A DNA stretch of 44,309 nt from Sphingomonas sp. GTDB lineage: Bacteria > Pseudomonadota > Alphaproteobacteria > Sphingomonadales > Sphingomonadaceae. The stretch lies in contig DASVUT010000055.1 of NCBI GenBank assembly GCA_036386955.1, positions 1-44,309 of the forward strand, read 5' to 3'. A program made the translations under genes and the position numbers. The notes under the pieces are model-generated. The model had not been told where the DNA came from, ran no database searches, and was given only the letters and a program-made list of their open reading frames with translations. Below are positions 7,513 through 18,336 of this stretch, piece by piece (within the stretch, counting starts at the first letter, position 1; the number at the start of each line of letters is the position of its first letter).

Positions 7513-10500
7513 TTACATGATCGCGACGAATGGATCGAGCGGTGCCGGTTCCGGCGTTGCCGCAGGCGCCACCGCGTTCTCCGTGACCGCGAACGAGTCT
7601 TCGGTCACCGTGGGATCGGTGGTGGTGACCGTGAAGAACTCGTCGGGGATGTCGTCACCATTGGCATCGTAGCTGAACAGGAACTGCCCCCCGCCCACGC
7701 CCACGATCTCGACGATGGTCCCGCTGATGAAGATCTCATCCCCGGTCGCATAGTCGGTGATCGTGTCGCCGTTGCCGGCATAGAAGTCGTCGTCCCCAGC
7801 ACCGCCGGTCAGGGCATCGGCACCGTCGCCACCGACCAGCGTGTCGGCCCCGTCACCCCCGTTCAGCGTGTCGTTGCCGGCTTCACCGAACAGCATGTCG
7901 TTGCCGGCCTCGCCATTCAGCGTGTCGAGACCCTCGCCGCCGAACAGCATGTCGGCCTCGGTCCCGCCGCTCAGCGAGTCGTTGCCCACACCGCCGAACA
8001 GCTGATCGGTCCCAGCATTGCCGTTCACCGTGTCGTTGCCGGCATTGCCCAGCAGGACGTCGGCACCGTTGCCACCGGAGATCAGGTCATTGCCTTCGTT
8101 GCCGTCGATCCGGTCGTCACCGTCACTGCCGTTCAGCGTGTCGTTGCCGTCGTCGCCACGCAGCGAGTCGTTGCCGATGTTGCCGATCAGGATGTCGTCG
8201 CCAACACCGCCGAACAGCCGGTCGTCGCCGATGCCGCCGTTCAGCGTGTCGTTGCCGTCACCGCCGCCCAGCGAGTCGTTGCCGTCCTCGCCCGAGAGCA
8301 GATCGCCGCCTGCGCCACCATCGAGCCGGTCATTGTCACCGCCGCCGAACAGGAAGTCGTTATCGGCCCCGCCAAGAAGCGTGTCGTTGCCAAGACCACC
8401 CGCCAGCGTGTCGATGCCGCCTTCGGTGTCGAGCAGCATGTCGTCGCCGTCGCCGCCGCCGAGCTGGTCGTTGCTCGCGCCGCCATCGATCGTGTCGTTG
8501 CCGCCACTTCCTGTCAGCGTGTCGTTGCCGGTACCGCCGACCAGGAAGTCGTTGCCCGCGCCGCCGTCGAGCCTGTCATCGCCATCATCGCCGGACACCG
8601 TGTCGTCGCCGTCGCTGCCGAGCAGCGTGTCGTTGCCGATGCCGCCGACCAGGGTGTCGTTGCCAGCGCCGCCGTCCAGCGTGTCGTTGCCGTCGGTGCC
8701 GCCGTCGAGCGCGTCGTTGCCCTCGCCACCGACCAGGCTGTCATTGCCCGTGCCGCCGTCCAGCGTGTCGTTGCCACCGGCACCCAGCAGCGTGTCGTTG
8801 TCGGCTCCGCCGGCCATGCTGTCATTGCCGTTGCCACCGATCAGCGAGTCGTCGCCCGCATCGCCGATCAGCGAGTCGTCGCCATTGGCGCCGAGCAGCG
8901 TGTCGTTGCCGATCCCGCCGTTCAACGTGTCATCGCCCGTGTCGCCGCTCAGCAAGTCGTTGCCCGCACCGGCCAGGAAATTGTCGTTGCCGGCACCCCC
9001 CGACAGATTGTCATTGCCCACGCCGCCGACCAGGAAGTCGTTGGCATTGCCGCCGGTGATGGTGTCGTCACCCTCGCCGGCGTTGAAGTAATAGGAACGA
9101 TCGGCCTGGACCGCGGTCTGCGTGTCCGCTCCATTCGTGCCCAGCGTCACGACCTGGAACTGGTCGCCGCGCGGTGCGCCGCCCGTGTCACGGACGTCGA
9201 ACGTCTGCCCTTCGCCGGCGACGAAGGTGATGCCTTCGTCGTCGAACCGGCTTTCCAGACCCGTCAGGGTGTCCATGCCGTCCTCGGCCTGGAGACGGAC
9301 GTTCGGGAGGCCGTCCCCTGCGGAAGCGGAGGTGTCGAGGGCATTGCCGTTGCCGACGCCTGCGCTGGTGAAGGTCAGGCGGATCTGACCTGCCGCGCCC
9401 GACACGAGCACGACATCGTCGCCCGCGCCCAGATCGACGGTGTCGCTGCCATCGGTTGTGACGTTGAACAGCGCCTGATCATTGCCTTCGCCGCCCGAAA
9501 GCACGTCATTGCCGCCGCCGCCCAACAGGCTGTCATTGCCCAAGCCACCAGTCAGGCCGTCATTGCCCGCGCCGCCGACCAGGAAGTCGTTGCCGTTGCC
9601 GCCCGTGACGGTGTCGTTCCCCATGCCGGCGTTGATGTAGTAATTCAGCGTCTCGCCGGTTTCGTCGAACACGTCGCCCGCGATCGTGCCGAGCGAGACG
9701 ACCTGGAACTGGTCGCCACGCTGTGCGCCGCCGGTGTCGCGCACGTCGAACGTCTGACCGCTGGTCGATACGAAGGTGATGCCTTCGTCGTCGAAGCGGC
9801 TGACCGGGCCTGTCAGCATATCGCTGCCGTCCTCGGCCGAAAGGCGAACGTTGGGAAGGTTGTCGCCATTGGGGGTCGAGGTGTCGAGCGGGTTGCCGTT
9901 GCCGACGCCCGCGCTGGTGAAGGTCAGGCGAACCTGCCCGCCCGTCGTGCCCGATGCGCCCGAGACGATGACCTCGTCGTCGCCCGCGCCCAGATCGACC
10001 GTATCGGCCCCATGGGTCGCCACGTTGAAGACGAGGTCGTCATCGCCGTCGCCGCCGGTGATGCTGTCGTTGCCCACGCCGCCTTCGAGCGTGTCGTTGC
10101 CGCCACCCCCGTTCAGCGTGTCGTTGCCGTTGCCGCCGACCAGGCTGTCATTGCCCAATCCGCCATCGACGAAATCGTCGCCATCGGCGCCGCGCGCGAT
10201 ATCGTCGCCATCGCCTGCGACCAGGCTGTCATTGCCATTGCCGCCGTTCAGCGAGTCCGCGCCGCCGTCGCCGATCAGCGTGTCGTCGCCATTGGCGCCC
10301 AACAGCGTGTCGTTGTCGGCCCCGCCACTCAGCGAGTCGTTGCCGACACCGCCGTCGAGCGTGTCGTTGCCCGCACTGCCCAGCAGCGTGTCGTTGCCGT
10401 CGAAACCGATCAACGTGTCGTTGCCGGTACCACCGTCCAGGCTGTCATTACCGGTGCCGCCATCGAGCGTGTCGTTGCCGCCATTGCCCGTGATGGTGTC

Positions 10501-13074
10501 GTTGCCCGCGCCACCGAACAGGCTGTCGTTCCCGTCCTGGCCTATCGGCATGATGACAATCGGCCCGACGAGTATATCGTTGCGGCCCGGCGCCTGCGCT
10601 GCCTGGCGGGTGTTCGGGTTGAAGACAAACCCATCGCCATTGTCGCCGACGATCACGTCGTTGCCGTCGCCGCCATCGGCCGTATCGTTACCCACGCCGC
10701 CGATGATGCTGTCATTGCCCAGACCGCCCAGCAGGCTGTCATTGCCGTTGCCGCCATCGAGCGTGTCGTTGCCGTCTTCACCGGTCAGGCTGTCATTGCC
10801 TTCCCCGCCGATCAGATTGTCGTTGCCGGCCCCGCCTAACAGCGTGTCGGCCTCCGTACCGCCATCGAGCGTGTCGTTGCCGTTCCCGCCGTTGAGCGTG
10901 TCGTTGCCCGAACCGCCCAACAGGCTGTCATTGCCTTCGCCGCCCGACAGCGTGTCGTTGTCGGCTCCGCCAGACAGCGTGTCGTTGCCGGCATCGCCCG
11001 ACAGCGTGTCGTTGCCAGCATCGCCCAGCAGGTTGTCATTGCTATCGCCGCCCGACAGCGTGTCGGCCTCCGTGCCGCCATCCAGCGTGTCGCTGCCGAG
11101 CCCGCCTGCCAACGTGTCGTTGCCGGCTCCGCCGACCAGCGAGTCGTTGTCGGCGCCGCCATCGAGACTGTCGTTGCCCGCATCGCCGAACAGCGTGTCG
11201 TTGCCCGTCTCGCCAAAGGCCGTGTCGTCACCCATGCCGCTGTTCACGAGGTCGTTGCCGGTGCCGCCGACCAGCGAGTCGTTGCCGAAGCCGCCGACCA
11301 GCGTGTCGTTGCCGTCGCTGCCCTGCAGCGTGTCATTGCCCTCGCCGCCGCTCAGCGAATCTTCGCCTGCGCCGCCGTCGAGCGTGTCGTTGCCCGAACC
11401 TGCGATCAGCGTGTCATTGCCCGCGTTGCCGAACAGCGTGTTGGTGCCGTTGTTCGCGTCGAGCACGTCATTGCCCTCGCCACCGGCCAGCGTGTCGTTG
11501 CCGTCGCCGCCCGTCAGCGTGTCGTTGCCCTCGCTACCGCTGAGCGAGTCATTGCCTGCGCCCCCATCGAGCGAGTCGCTGTCGGCGCCGCCATCCAGCG
11601 TGTCATTGCCCGCTTCGCCGAACAGCGCGTCATTGCCTGCGCCGCCCACCAGCGAGTCATTGCCGTCGCCGCCGCCTAGCGTGTCGTTGCCCGCACCGCC
11701 ATCCAGCGTGTCGTTGTCGGCATCGCCTTCGATCAGGTCGTTTCCATCGCCGCCCGACAGGCTGTCATTGCCCGCACCGCCGCTGAGGAAGTCGATGTCC
11801 GCGCCGCCATTGGCCGTGTCGTTGCCCGCGTCGCCGGTCAGGGAGTCACGGCCTTCACCGCCGTCCAGGCTGTCATTTCCTTCGCCGCCGTTCAGCGTAT
11901 CCTCACTATCGGCACCGACGAGCGTGTCGTTGCCTTCGCCACCAGTCAGCGAGTCCCGGCCTTCGCCCCCGTCCAGATCGTCATTGCCCAGGCCACCGGT
12001 CAAGCCGTCATCGCCGGCTCCGCCGGTGATCGTGTCGTTGCCGTCGTCGCCGGTGACGATGTCGTCGCCCGCTTCGCCGTCCAGGCTGTCATTGCCGGTG
12101 CCGCCGGTGATCGTGTCGTTGCCGTCGAAGCCGAGCACGATGTCGTCGCCGTCGCCGCCGACCAGGCTGTCATTGCCTTCGCCGCCGTCGATCAGGTCGT
12201 TGCCCGCGCCACCATCGATTGTGTCGTCGCCGCCGACGATCTCGTCGGTGTCGTCGAACGGAGAAACATCGCCGAACAGATCGTCGGCTCCGTCGCCGCC
12301 TTCGACCGTGTCGTTGCCCAGGCCGCCGAACACCGTATCGTTGTCGGCGCCGCCGACCACGCTGTCATTGCCCAGGCCGCCATCGACGAAATCCTCGCCC
12401 GCAGCACCGCGCGCGATGTCGTCGCCTTCGCCGCCGTCCAGATTGTCGTTGCCGTTGCCGCCGCTCAGCGAATCCGCGCCCGCGCCGCCCCGCAGGATGT
12501 CGTCGCCATTGGCACCCAGCAGCGTGTCGTTGCCGGCGCCGCCCTCGATCAGGTCATTGCCGATACCGCCGTCGATCAGGTCGTTGCCGTCACCCCCACC
12601 CAGCGTGTCGTCACCGCCCTCCACGTCGCGCAGCACATCGTCGCCCGCACCGCCGTCAACGCTGTCGTTGCCCGTGCCGCCATCGACCGTGTCGTTATCG
12701 GCGCCGCCGTCGATCGTGTCGTCGCCCGTGCCGCCGATCAGGCTGTCATTGCCCGTATCGCCATTGATCAGGTCGTTGCCGTCGGCGCCGCGCAGCGTGT
12801 CGTTGCCTTCGCCGCCGCCCAGATCGTCATTGCCGTTGCCGCCGATCAGCGAATCGTCGCCCTCCTGGCCGCGCAGCGTGTCGTCGCCATCGGCACCCAG
12901 GATCGTGTCGTTGCCTTCATTGCCTTCGATGGTGTCATTACCGGTCCCGCCGTCGAGGAAATCGGCGCCTGCCAGCCCGCGGATCGTGTCATTGCCGCCT
13001 GCGCCCGTGACGGTGTCGTCATCGATGGTGCCGATCAGTGTCTCGTTACCGTCGTTGCCAGTATTAACAGCCAT
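7513..13074 (-). CDS. Giant acidic RTX calcium-binding surface protein (about 1853 aa; S-layer/adhesin-like)
   Basis: Almost continuous GGxGxDxL nonapeptides, two copies of a non-RTX domain, no signal peptide and a non-repeat C-terminus (DTITDY...) typical of type I secretion signals. Likely start ATG 13074 (MAVNTGNDG). Confidence 0.93.
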   Translation of the reverse strand: MAVNTGNDGNETLIGTIDDDTVTGAGGNDTIRGLAGADFLDGGTGNDTIEGNEGNDTILGADGDDTLRGQEGDDSLIGGNGNDDLGGGEGNDTLRGADGNDLINGDTGNDSLIGGTGDDTIDGGADNDTVDGGTGNDSVDGGAGDDVLRDVEGGDDTLGGGDGNDLIDGGIGNDLIEGGAGNDTLLGANGDDILRGGAGADSLSGGNGNDNLDGGEGDDIARGAAGEDFVDGGLGNDSVVGGADNDTVFGGLGNDTVEGGDGADDLFGDVSPFDDTDEIVGGDDTIDGGAGNDLIDGGEGNDSLVGGDGDDIVLGFDGNDTITGGTGNDSLDGEAGDDIVTGDDGNDTITGGAGDDGLTGGLGNDDLDGGEGRDSLTGGEGNDTLVGADSEDTLNGGEGNDSLDGGEGRDSLTGDAGNDTANGGADIDFLSGGAGNDSLSGGDGNDLIEGDADNDTLDGGAGNDTLGGGDGNDSLVGGAGNDALFGEAGNDTLDGGADSDSLDGGAGNDSLSGSEGNDTLTGGDGNDTLAGGEGNDVLDANNGTNTLFGNAGNDTLIAGSGNDTLDGGAGEDSLSGGEGNDTLQGSDGNDTLVGGFGNDSLVGGTGNDLVNSGMGDDTAFGETGNDTLFGDAGNDSLDGGADNDSLVGGAGNDTLAGGLGSDTLDGGTEADTLSGGDSNDNLLGDAGNDTLSGDAGNDTLSGGADNDTLSGGEGNDSLLGGSGNDTLNGGNGNDTLDGGTEADTLLGGAGNDNLIGGEGNDSLTGEDGNDTLDGGNGNDSLLGGLGNDSIIGGVGNDTADGGDGNDVIVGDNGDGFVFNPNTRQAAQAPGRNDILVGPIVIMPIGQDGNDSLFGGAGNDTITGNGGNDTLDGGTGNDSLDGGTGNDTLIGFDGNDTLLGSAGNDTLDGGVGNDSLSGGADNDTLLGANGDDTLIGDGGADSLNGGNGNDSLVAGDGDDIARGADGDDFVDGGLGNDSLVGGNGNDTLNGGGGNDTLEGGVGNDSITGGDGDDDLVFNVATHGADTVDLGAGDDEVIVSGASGTTGGQVRLTFTSAGVGNGNPLDTSTPNGDNLPNVRLSAEDGSDMLTGPVSRFDDEGITFVSTSGQTFDVRDTGGAQRGDQFQVVSLGTIAGDVFDETGETLNYYINAGMGNDTVTGGNGNDFLVGGAGNDGLTGGLGNDSLLGGGGNDVLSGGEGNDQALFNVTTDGSDTVDLGAGDDVVLVSGAAGQIRLTFTSAGVGNGNALDTSASAGDGLPNVRLQAEDGMDTLTGLESRFDDEGITFVAGEGQTFDVRDTGGAPRGDQFQVVTLGTNGADTQTAVQADRSYYFNAGEGDDTITGGNANDFLVGGVGNDNLSGGAGNDNFLAGAGNDLLSGDTGDDTLNGGIGNDTLLGANGDDSLIGDAGDDSLIGGNGNDSMAGGADNDTLLGAGGNDTLDGGTGNDSLVGGEGNDALDGGTDGNDTLDGGAGNDTLVGGIGNDTLLGSDGDDTVSGDDGDDRLDGGAGNDFLVGGTGNDTLTGSGGNDTIDGGASNDQLGGGDGDDMLLDTEGGIDTLAGGLGNDTLLGGADNDFLFGGGDNDRLDGGAGGDLLSGEDGNDSLGGGDGNDTLNGGIGDDRLFGGVGDDILIGNIGNDSLRGDDGNDTLNGSDGDDRIDGNEGNDLISGGNGADVLLGNAGNDTVNGNAGTDQLFGGVGNDSLSGGTEADMLFGGEGLDTLNGEAGNDMLFGEAGNDTLNGGDGADTLVGGDGADALTGGAGDDDFYAGNGDTITDYATGDEIFISGTIVEIVGVGGGQFLFSYDANGDDIPDEFFTVTTTDPTVTEDSFAVTENAVAPAATPEPAPLDPFVAIM
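9082..10035 (-). repeat. Two tandem copies of an approximately 130-aa non-RTX domain inside the RTX protein
   Basis: Copy 1 (about 10035-9631) and copy 2 (about 9475-9082) share [71 protein letters not shown] and YY.NAG. Confidence 0.9.
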
Positions 13075-13180
13075 GTCACGCACCCCTGGGAAAAATTTAC
13101 CTCCTCTTAAGGACGTGCGGGGTTCCGGCAAGATGCAAAATACCTAGTAAACCAAAACACTTTTCCCGTTACGCGACGGT

Positions 13181-13268
13181 TTTGACTGTGCGTCCGGCAA
13201 TTTTGACTAAGCACGATGCCAGAACGTTTTTGACTGGGTGTCGAACACTTTGACTGAGCGTCCCGGTA
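13181..13268. promoter_or_regulatory. Four direct repeats TTTGACT(G-x-GCGTC) upstream of the RTX gene
   Basis: TTTGACT at 13181, 13202, 13229 and 13249. Copies 1 and 4 extend to TTTGACTGTGCGTCC and TTTGACTGAGCGTCC. Confidence 0.7.
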
Positions 13269-14468
13269 TCAGCCCACCAGCCGCGTCACTAGCGCCCCCT
13301 GCTTGGCCAGCGCGCCCGCCAGATCGTAGCGCGCCTCCACCACCGCCCGCGCGCGCCGGCGCAGCGGCTCGGTCGCGTCGCCTGCGGCCAGGGCGTCGAT
13401 CACCGTCCGCGCGATGTCGTCGGGGTTGTGGAAATCGGCGAGCAGCCCGTTGACGCCGTGGTGGATGACCTCCTCGACCGGCTCGGTCGCCGATCCAATC
13501 ACCAGGCACCCCGATGCCATCGCTTCCATGAACGACCAGGACAGGACGAACGGATAGGTCAGATAGACATGCGCCGCCGATATCTGCAGCAGCTCCAGAT
13601 AGCGGTTATAGGCCAGCCGGGGAATGAAATGGACGCGCGTCGGGTCGACCGGCACCTCCGTCAGCATGGTTTCGCGCCATGTCCCGCCGCCCGGAGGCGC
13701 GCTGCCATAGCTCACCCCGTCGCCGCCCACGATCACGACGCGCGCCTGCGGGCGCTCCGCCAGCAGTCGGGGCAGGCTGCGCATGAAAGAGGGAAAGCCG
13801 CGATACGGCTCCAGATTGCGCGCGACATAGGTCACCACCTCGTCGGTGCGCGTCAGCACGGTTCCGTCCTCTAGCGCGAAGCGCGCGGTCGCATCGGGCG
13901 CGACCAGCCTGGTGTCGATGCCGTCGAAGATCACCGAGATCTTGTCGTGGAAGGCGGGTGGCTGGACCGATTTCTGCCACCGCGTCGGCGCCAGCGCCGC
14001 GTCGCACGCTTCCAGGCTCAGCAGCAGATTGGCGTTGCGCGCGCGCAGCCGGCACACCTGGTCGAGCGACACCTCGCGCCCCGGCTCGAAATGCAGCTCG
14101 GTGTCCCGGTAATAGAATTCGCTATAGGTGAGGAGCGGCACGCGGGGGCACGCGTCCTTCAGGAACAGCGCCTCGCCCCAGCCCGAATGCGCGACGATCA
14201 TGTCGGGCCGGAAGCCCTTGCGTCGCAGCCCCTGTACCTGACGCACGACCTCCTGGCCTGCAATCACGCTGTTCTCGAACAGTCGCACATATTGATGCGT
14301 CTGCGCGCCCGCTTGCCGCGGCACGGCATAGGTGACGGTCTCGACACCTGGAATGACGACGCCCTTGCGCTGCGTCAGGAAGACAACGCGGTGACCTTGG
14401 GCCGCCATGTGCGGCGCCAGATGCTTGAACTGCCCGGGCATGTTCTGGTGAACGAACAGGATATTCAA
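13269..14468 (-). CDS. GT4 glycosyltransferase with Glyco_trans_4_3-type N-terminus
   Basis: MNILFVHQNMPGQFKHLA, PDMIVAHSGWGEALFLK, TYVARNLEPYRGF, HVYLTYPFVLSWSFMEAMASG. TTG start with an AAGGA RBS. Confidence 0.9.
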   Translation of the reverse strand: MNILFVHQNMPGQFKHLAPHMAAQGHRVVFLTQRKGVVIPGVETVTYAVPRQAGAQTHQYVRLFENSVIAGQEVVRQVQGLRRKGFRPDMIVAHSGWGEALFLKDACPRVPLLTYSEFYYRDTELHFEPGREVSLDQVCRLRARNANLLLSLEACDAALAPTRWQKSVQPPAFHDKISVIFDGIDTRLVAPDATARFALEDGTVLTRTDEVVTYVARNLEPYRGFPSFMRSLPRLLAERPQARVVIVGGDGVSYGSAPPGGGTWRETMLTEVPVDPTRVHFIPRLAYNRYLELLQISAAHVYLTYPFVLSWSFMEAMASGCLVIGSATEPVEEVIHHGVNGLLADFHNPDDIARTVIDALAAGDATEPLRRRARAVVEARYDLAGALAKQGALVTRLVG

Positions 14469-14505
14469 CGATGAATCCTTATGCAGGTTGGGCAGACCTC
14501 GATCA

Positions 14506-14587
14506 CCGTTCGCCCTGAGCTTGTCGAAGGGCCGTTCTTTCCACGGTCAACAGAAGAATGGTGCTTCGACAAGCTCAGCACGAACGG
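14506..14587. repeat. REP-like/miniature palindromic element
   Basis: Arms CCGTTCGCCCTGAGCTTGTCGAAG and CTTCGACAAGCTCAGCACGAACGG (22 of 24 complementary) with inner pairing CCGTTCTT/AAGAATGG. Resembles the dispersed CTTCGACAAGCTCAG palindromic repeats of sphingomonads and other bacteria. Confidence 0.85.
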
Positions 14588-14603
14588 AGGGCGTGTCCCC
14601 TGC

Positions 14604-16238
14604 CTAGGGCCGCACGCGCGCAAGTCCAAACTTGACCAGCCACATCAGCGCCGCGGTGGTGGCGGCGCGGTCGCCCGGCACCGCCGCCAGCAGTTCGGCG
14701 ACGCTGCACTCTCCCTTGGCCAGCACATGATGCACCGCCTCCACGCGTTCGCGCGGCAGAAGCTGCGGATCGAACGCATAGGCCGCGACGCGCAGGTCGA
14801 GCAGCGCGGCCAGCGCCGTACCGCCGCCGTCGCGCGCGCCCACGCGCCAGCCGGGCTGCACCACGGCGCTGGGATAATCGCCGAACAGCGCGAACGGATC
14901 GGGCCGTCCTGGCCAGCGTCGCGCCACCGCCGGGGCCGCGGCGCGCAGCGTGCCGAGTTCGTCGGCCAGCGCGACATAGCGGTCCAGGATCACCGGCCAG
15001 TCATAGTCGGCCACCGCCCGCGCGCGTCCCGCCTCCCCCAGCCTGCGCCGCAGCCCGGCGTCGTCCGCCAGTGCGACGACGCGTTCGGTGAGCCGGTCGA
15101 GGTCGATCGCACAGCCGAGCGACACGCGCCCAATATACATGTCATAGCTGTCGGCACCGCCCGCGTGCCGCGCCGCCAGCGCGTTGCCGGTTCCGGCAGG
15201 CGGCAGCAGCGTCGGGATCAGATAGCCATCGACGCCGTCGCGCACGCTGTCCTTGTACCCGTTCCAGTCGCTCGCCAGCACCGGCAGCCCCGCCGCCATC
15301 GCCTCGAGCGGGGTCAACCCGAACGTTTCCTGGATATTGTCCGACAGCGACACGAACACGTCCGCTGCGCGCCACGCCGCCTGGTACAAGACCGCGTCCG
15401 CGCCATCCACGCCGATGAACCGCGCCGACGGGGCGAGCGTCGCGCGGGCCTGTTCGAAAGCCCGGCGGATGGGGCCGTTGGGATAGATGCCCGCCTCGAT
15501 CACGCACAGCCGGCGCCCGGTCCGCCGGCATGCCGCCTCGACCGCCTGATAGAAGGGTGCCGGATTGGCCTTGGCATGGAAGGTCAGCCGCCCGGCGAAC
15601 AGGAACGCGACCTCGTCGGCCTCCAGCCCAAGCGTGGTGCGCGCGGCCGCGCGGTCGGCGGGCGTGGCGGCAAAGGCGGGTGCGTCGATGCCCAAGGGGA
15701 TGACCGGCGTCTGCACGCCCACGAACCGCGTCGCCCCGCATTGTTCGCGCATCCAGCCGCGCATCTCGTCCTGCAATCGCCCGACGACGACCAAGGCCGC
15801 GTGCGAGGTACAGATGAGCGCATCCCAGGGCTGGAAGGGCGGCAGGATCAGTCGCGCAACCTGATCCATCGCGCCCGCCGAGGACAAGGTGTGCGTCACC
15901 CCGAACAGGCTGTACGCGCCCACTGCTTGGGCATTGCGCGCATGCGCCAGGCCCGGCTCGGGTGGTGCGGGGTAATAGACGGCAGCAGGATCGAGCCGCG
16001 TAGGTGCCCCCAGATCACGCCATGCGACGCGACTGCGATGCCCACCCGCCTTCAGTCGCGCAGCCATCTGCGTCGCGGCCGCGGGCGCGGAGCCGACGCC
16101 GTGGATGGGCGCGTCCGACCAGCGCCTGGCCATGCCCCTGATCAGCGCGCTGCCGGCACTTTGGCGCCCCATGATCTTGTTGGCGGTCGAATAGCCGTCA
16201 TCGGCATAGAACAGGCAGAAATTGGGCGTGTCGATCAT
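14604..16238 (-). CDS. GT4 glycosyltransferase (544 aa)
   Basis: GVTHTLSS, PWDALICTS, VIPLGID, LFAGRLTFHAKANP, ADVFVSLSDNIQETFGLTPLEAMAAGLPVLASDWNGY (ExFGxxxxE motif). Confidence 0.9.
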   Translation of the reverse strand: MIDTPNFCLFYADDGYSTANKIMGRQSAGSALIRGMARRWSDAPIHGVGSAPAAATQMAARLKAGGHRSRVAWRDLGAPTRLDPAAVYYPAPPEPGLAHARNAQAVGAYSLFGVTHTLSSAGAMDQVARLILPPFQPWDALICTSHAALVVVGRLQDEMRGWMREQCGATRFVGVQTPVIPLGIDAPAFAATPADRAAARTTLGLEADEVAFLFAGRLTFHAKANPAPFYQAVEAACRRTGRRLCVIEAGIYPNGPIRRAFEQARATLAPSARFIGVDGADAVLYQAAWRAADVFVSLSDNIQETFGLTPLEAMAAGLPVLASDWNGYKDSVRDGVDGYLIPTLLPPAGTGNALAARHAGGADSYDMYIGRVSLGCAIDLDRLTERVVALADDAGLRRRLGEAGRARAVADYDWPVILDRYVALADELGTLRAAAPAVARRWPGRPDPFALFGDYPSAVVQPGWRVGARDGGGTALAALLDLRVAAYAFDPQLLPRERVEAVHHVLAKGECSVAELLAAVPGDRAATTAALMWLVKFGLARVRP

Positions 16239-16446
16239 GGACGTCCCTTGCTCCGATATCGTTTCCGTTCGCTCGGAAAAGGCCGGTCGATGCCGTTACG
16301 CTTCGCTCCGCGCGTGCCCGGTACGCGGCGTGACATTGTGAATGGCCGGCTTTAAGACCGCGCGTCAACCATTCGGGCATGCACGACGACCGGCCTGCAC
16401 CGATGCCGCAATCACCGCCCAAACAGGGCCTGGGTCTGGAACGTGC

Positions 16447-17523
16447 GTGACTGAAACCTTTCTCAGTGTCGTCATGCCCGTGCGAAATGCCCTGCCTTAC
16501 CTGGACGCCGCGGTGGAAAGCATCCTGGCGCAGACGCATTCCAATTTCGAATTCGTTATCCGCGACGATGATTCCACCGATGGTTCGCGCGAACGGCTAC
16601 GCTATTGGGCAGGCCGGGATGCCCGCATCCGCTTGTTCGAAGGCGAAGCATGTCTCGGCCCGGCAGGTAGCTCCAACTGGGTGGTCACTCAGGCGCGCGC
16701 CGACATCGTCGCGCGGATGGATGCCGACGACGTGTCGCATCCCCGTCGTCTGGAACGCGAGCTGGGGGTGTTGTTGCAGCGGCCCGACGCGACGCTGTTG
16801 GGATCGGTATGGGAAGGCATCGACCGCCAGGGACGCGTGGTGCGCGAGCCGGATTTCTCCACCGTGCGCTCGTCGGGTTTCGCCGCGCCGTTCGCGCATG
16901 GCTCGATCATGTTCCGCCGTGCCGCGTTCGAGGCGGTGGGCGGATACCGGCAGGAATGTGATTTCTGGGAAGACCTGGATCTCTATATACGCATGGCAGG
17001 CCTGGGACGCGTGCTGGTCGTCGCCGAGCCCTTGTACCAGCATCGTTTTTCCGAAACGAGCACGCGGCTCACCTCGCGTCGCCCGCGCGTGGAGGCATCG
17101 GTGGACCTGATGTTCCGGTGCCGCGCCGCGCACAATCGGGGGGAGGATTATACCCCGCTCCTCCACGCGCACCGCGCGCTTCCTCATGATGATCGCGCGC
17201 GGCTCAACCCCAATACGTTCCTGTCGCTCGATTTCATCACCCTGTGGTCGGGGCTGCGCCCGCATACGCTCAACCGGATCCTGCGGCACGGCCGGATCGG
17301 GTTCGATGCCGTCACGATCAAGGCGCTGATCTGGTCCGCCTGGGCGACGGCGAGCCCGGGCACGCTGCGGCAGGTGATGCGCGTGATGCTGCGCTCGCGC
17401 AGTGCCAAGGCGCGCGCCGCGCTGGCGGGACAATCGGTGTTCGAATGGTCGGTGCGCGGCGCCCCGATGTCAGGTGCCCCCGATCCCGCCGCTGTCGCCA
17501 TTGTCACCGGGCGACCGGCGTAA
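16447..17523 (+). CDS. GT2 glycosyltransferase
   Basis: LSVVMPVRN, DDDSTDGS, ARMDADD (DxD), EDLDL. Likely GTG start at 16447. Confidence 0.88.
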   Translation: MTETFLSVVMPVRNALPYLDAAVESILAQTHSNFEFVIRDDDSTDGSRERLRYWAGRDARIRLFEGEACLGPAGSSNWVVTQARADIVARMDADDVSHPRRLERELGVLLQRPDATLLGSVWEGIDRQGRVVREPDFSTVRSSGFAAPFAHGSIMFRRAAFEAVGGYRQECDFWEDLDLYIRMAGLGRVLVVAEPLYQHRFSETSTRLTSRRPRVEASVDLMFRCRAAHNRGEDYTPLLHAHRALPHDDRARLNPNTFLSLDFITLWSGLRPHTLNRILRHGRIGFDAVTIKALIWSAWATASPGTLRQVMRVMLRSRSAKARAALAGQSVFEWSVRGAPMSGAPDPAAVAIVTGRPA

Positions 17524-18282
17524 CCGGAATCCGATGTCGCGCGCCACGCGCCGCGCCCAGACCCGCCCCTTGCCCAGCGGGTGATCGAGATAACCGATAT
17601 CGGCCGCTTCGGTGACGAAACGGTCGCGCCAGGCCGCATTCACGTCGTCGCGCTGAACCTCGACCCTGATCGCGGCGGGATCGATGATCGGGGTCACGTC
17701 CACGCCCACATGCGCCGCGATGGCGGCAATGGTCCCTTGGGGATCGCGCACCATGTCTTCATAGGTCAGCCACAGCACCTCCAATCCGTTGCGCGCGAAG
17801 AACACTCGCCAGCGGCCGTTCGCCTCGGCTAGGCGGCGCAGCTGCCGCCGGATCGCGCGCGCGTCGTAGCGCGGTGTCGCGAGCGGCTGGTGATAGGATT
17901 GGAACTGGTGCGTCTGCCTGGCCCGAACCAGCGAGATCGCCTGGCCCAGCAGGTCGCGCCGTTCCAGATGGATGAACCGGACGTTGGGCAGCCGCTGCAG
18001 CCACTGCGCCTTCATCGTGCCGTCGAATTGCTGCGAGAACAGCTTGATCCCATATACCCCGTTGGGCGTCGTCGCTTCGTTCAGCACCGCGTCCAGTCGC
18101 GTCGCGTCGCGTTCCAGGGCGATCGCATTCTCGGTCCGCGCGAAATATTCGAGCGGATTGCCCAGCACCCCCGTCGAGTGCAGCCATTGGCACAACAACG
18201 TGCTGCCCGACCGATGCTCCGAACAGATCACGAACCCGCGCATGGGTTTGTTCGGATCCTGGGATATGGCGGTGTTGGTCAT
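17470..18282 (-). CDS. Stf0-family sulfotransferase
   Basis: PAPS-binding loop ICSEHRSGSTLL, TGVLGNPLEYF, TPNGVYGIKL, 3'-PB motif LERRDLLGQAIS, LTYEDM. Confidence 0.88.
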   Translation of the reverse strand: MTNTAISQDPNKPMRGFVICSEHRSGSTLLCQWLHSTGVLGNPLEYFARTENAIALERDATRLDAVLNEATTPNGVYGIKLFSQQFDGTMKAQWLQRLPNVRFIHLERRDLLGQAISLVRARQTHQFQSYHQPLATPRYDARAIRRQLRRLAEANGRWRVFFARNGLEVLWLTYEDMVRDPQGTIAAIAAHVGVDVTPIIDPAAIRVEVQRDDVNAAWRDRFVTEAADIGYLDHPLGKGRVWARRVARDIGFRLRRSPGDNGDSGGIGGT

Positions 18283-18336
18283 AACCGGGCCGTTGCATGC
18301 GCGCGGCGGTGGGGCAACCACGTGCGGGGGGTGGGA

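Noticed and set aside
7342-13147. Very long plus-strand ORFs (7342-10839, 9776-13147, 8018-9091)
   Set aside because: Antisense shadows of the RTX gene. Their QRVVA and SVSLP periodicities are the reverse complement of GGxGxDxL codons, which rarely create stops.
13205-13225. Sigma-54 promoter for the RTX gene (TGGCATCGTGCTTAG on the minus strand)
   Set aside because: The -24 GG is present but the conserved -12 GC is replaced by AG.
13181-13268. Short repeats as a CRISPR array
   Set aside because: The conserved unit is only 7-14 bp with 20-27 bp periodicity, and no cas genes are present.
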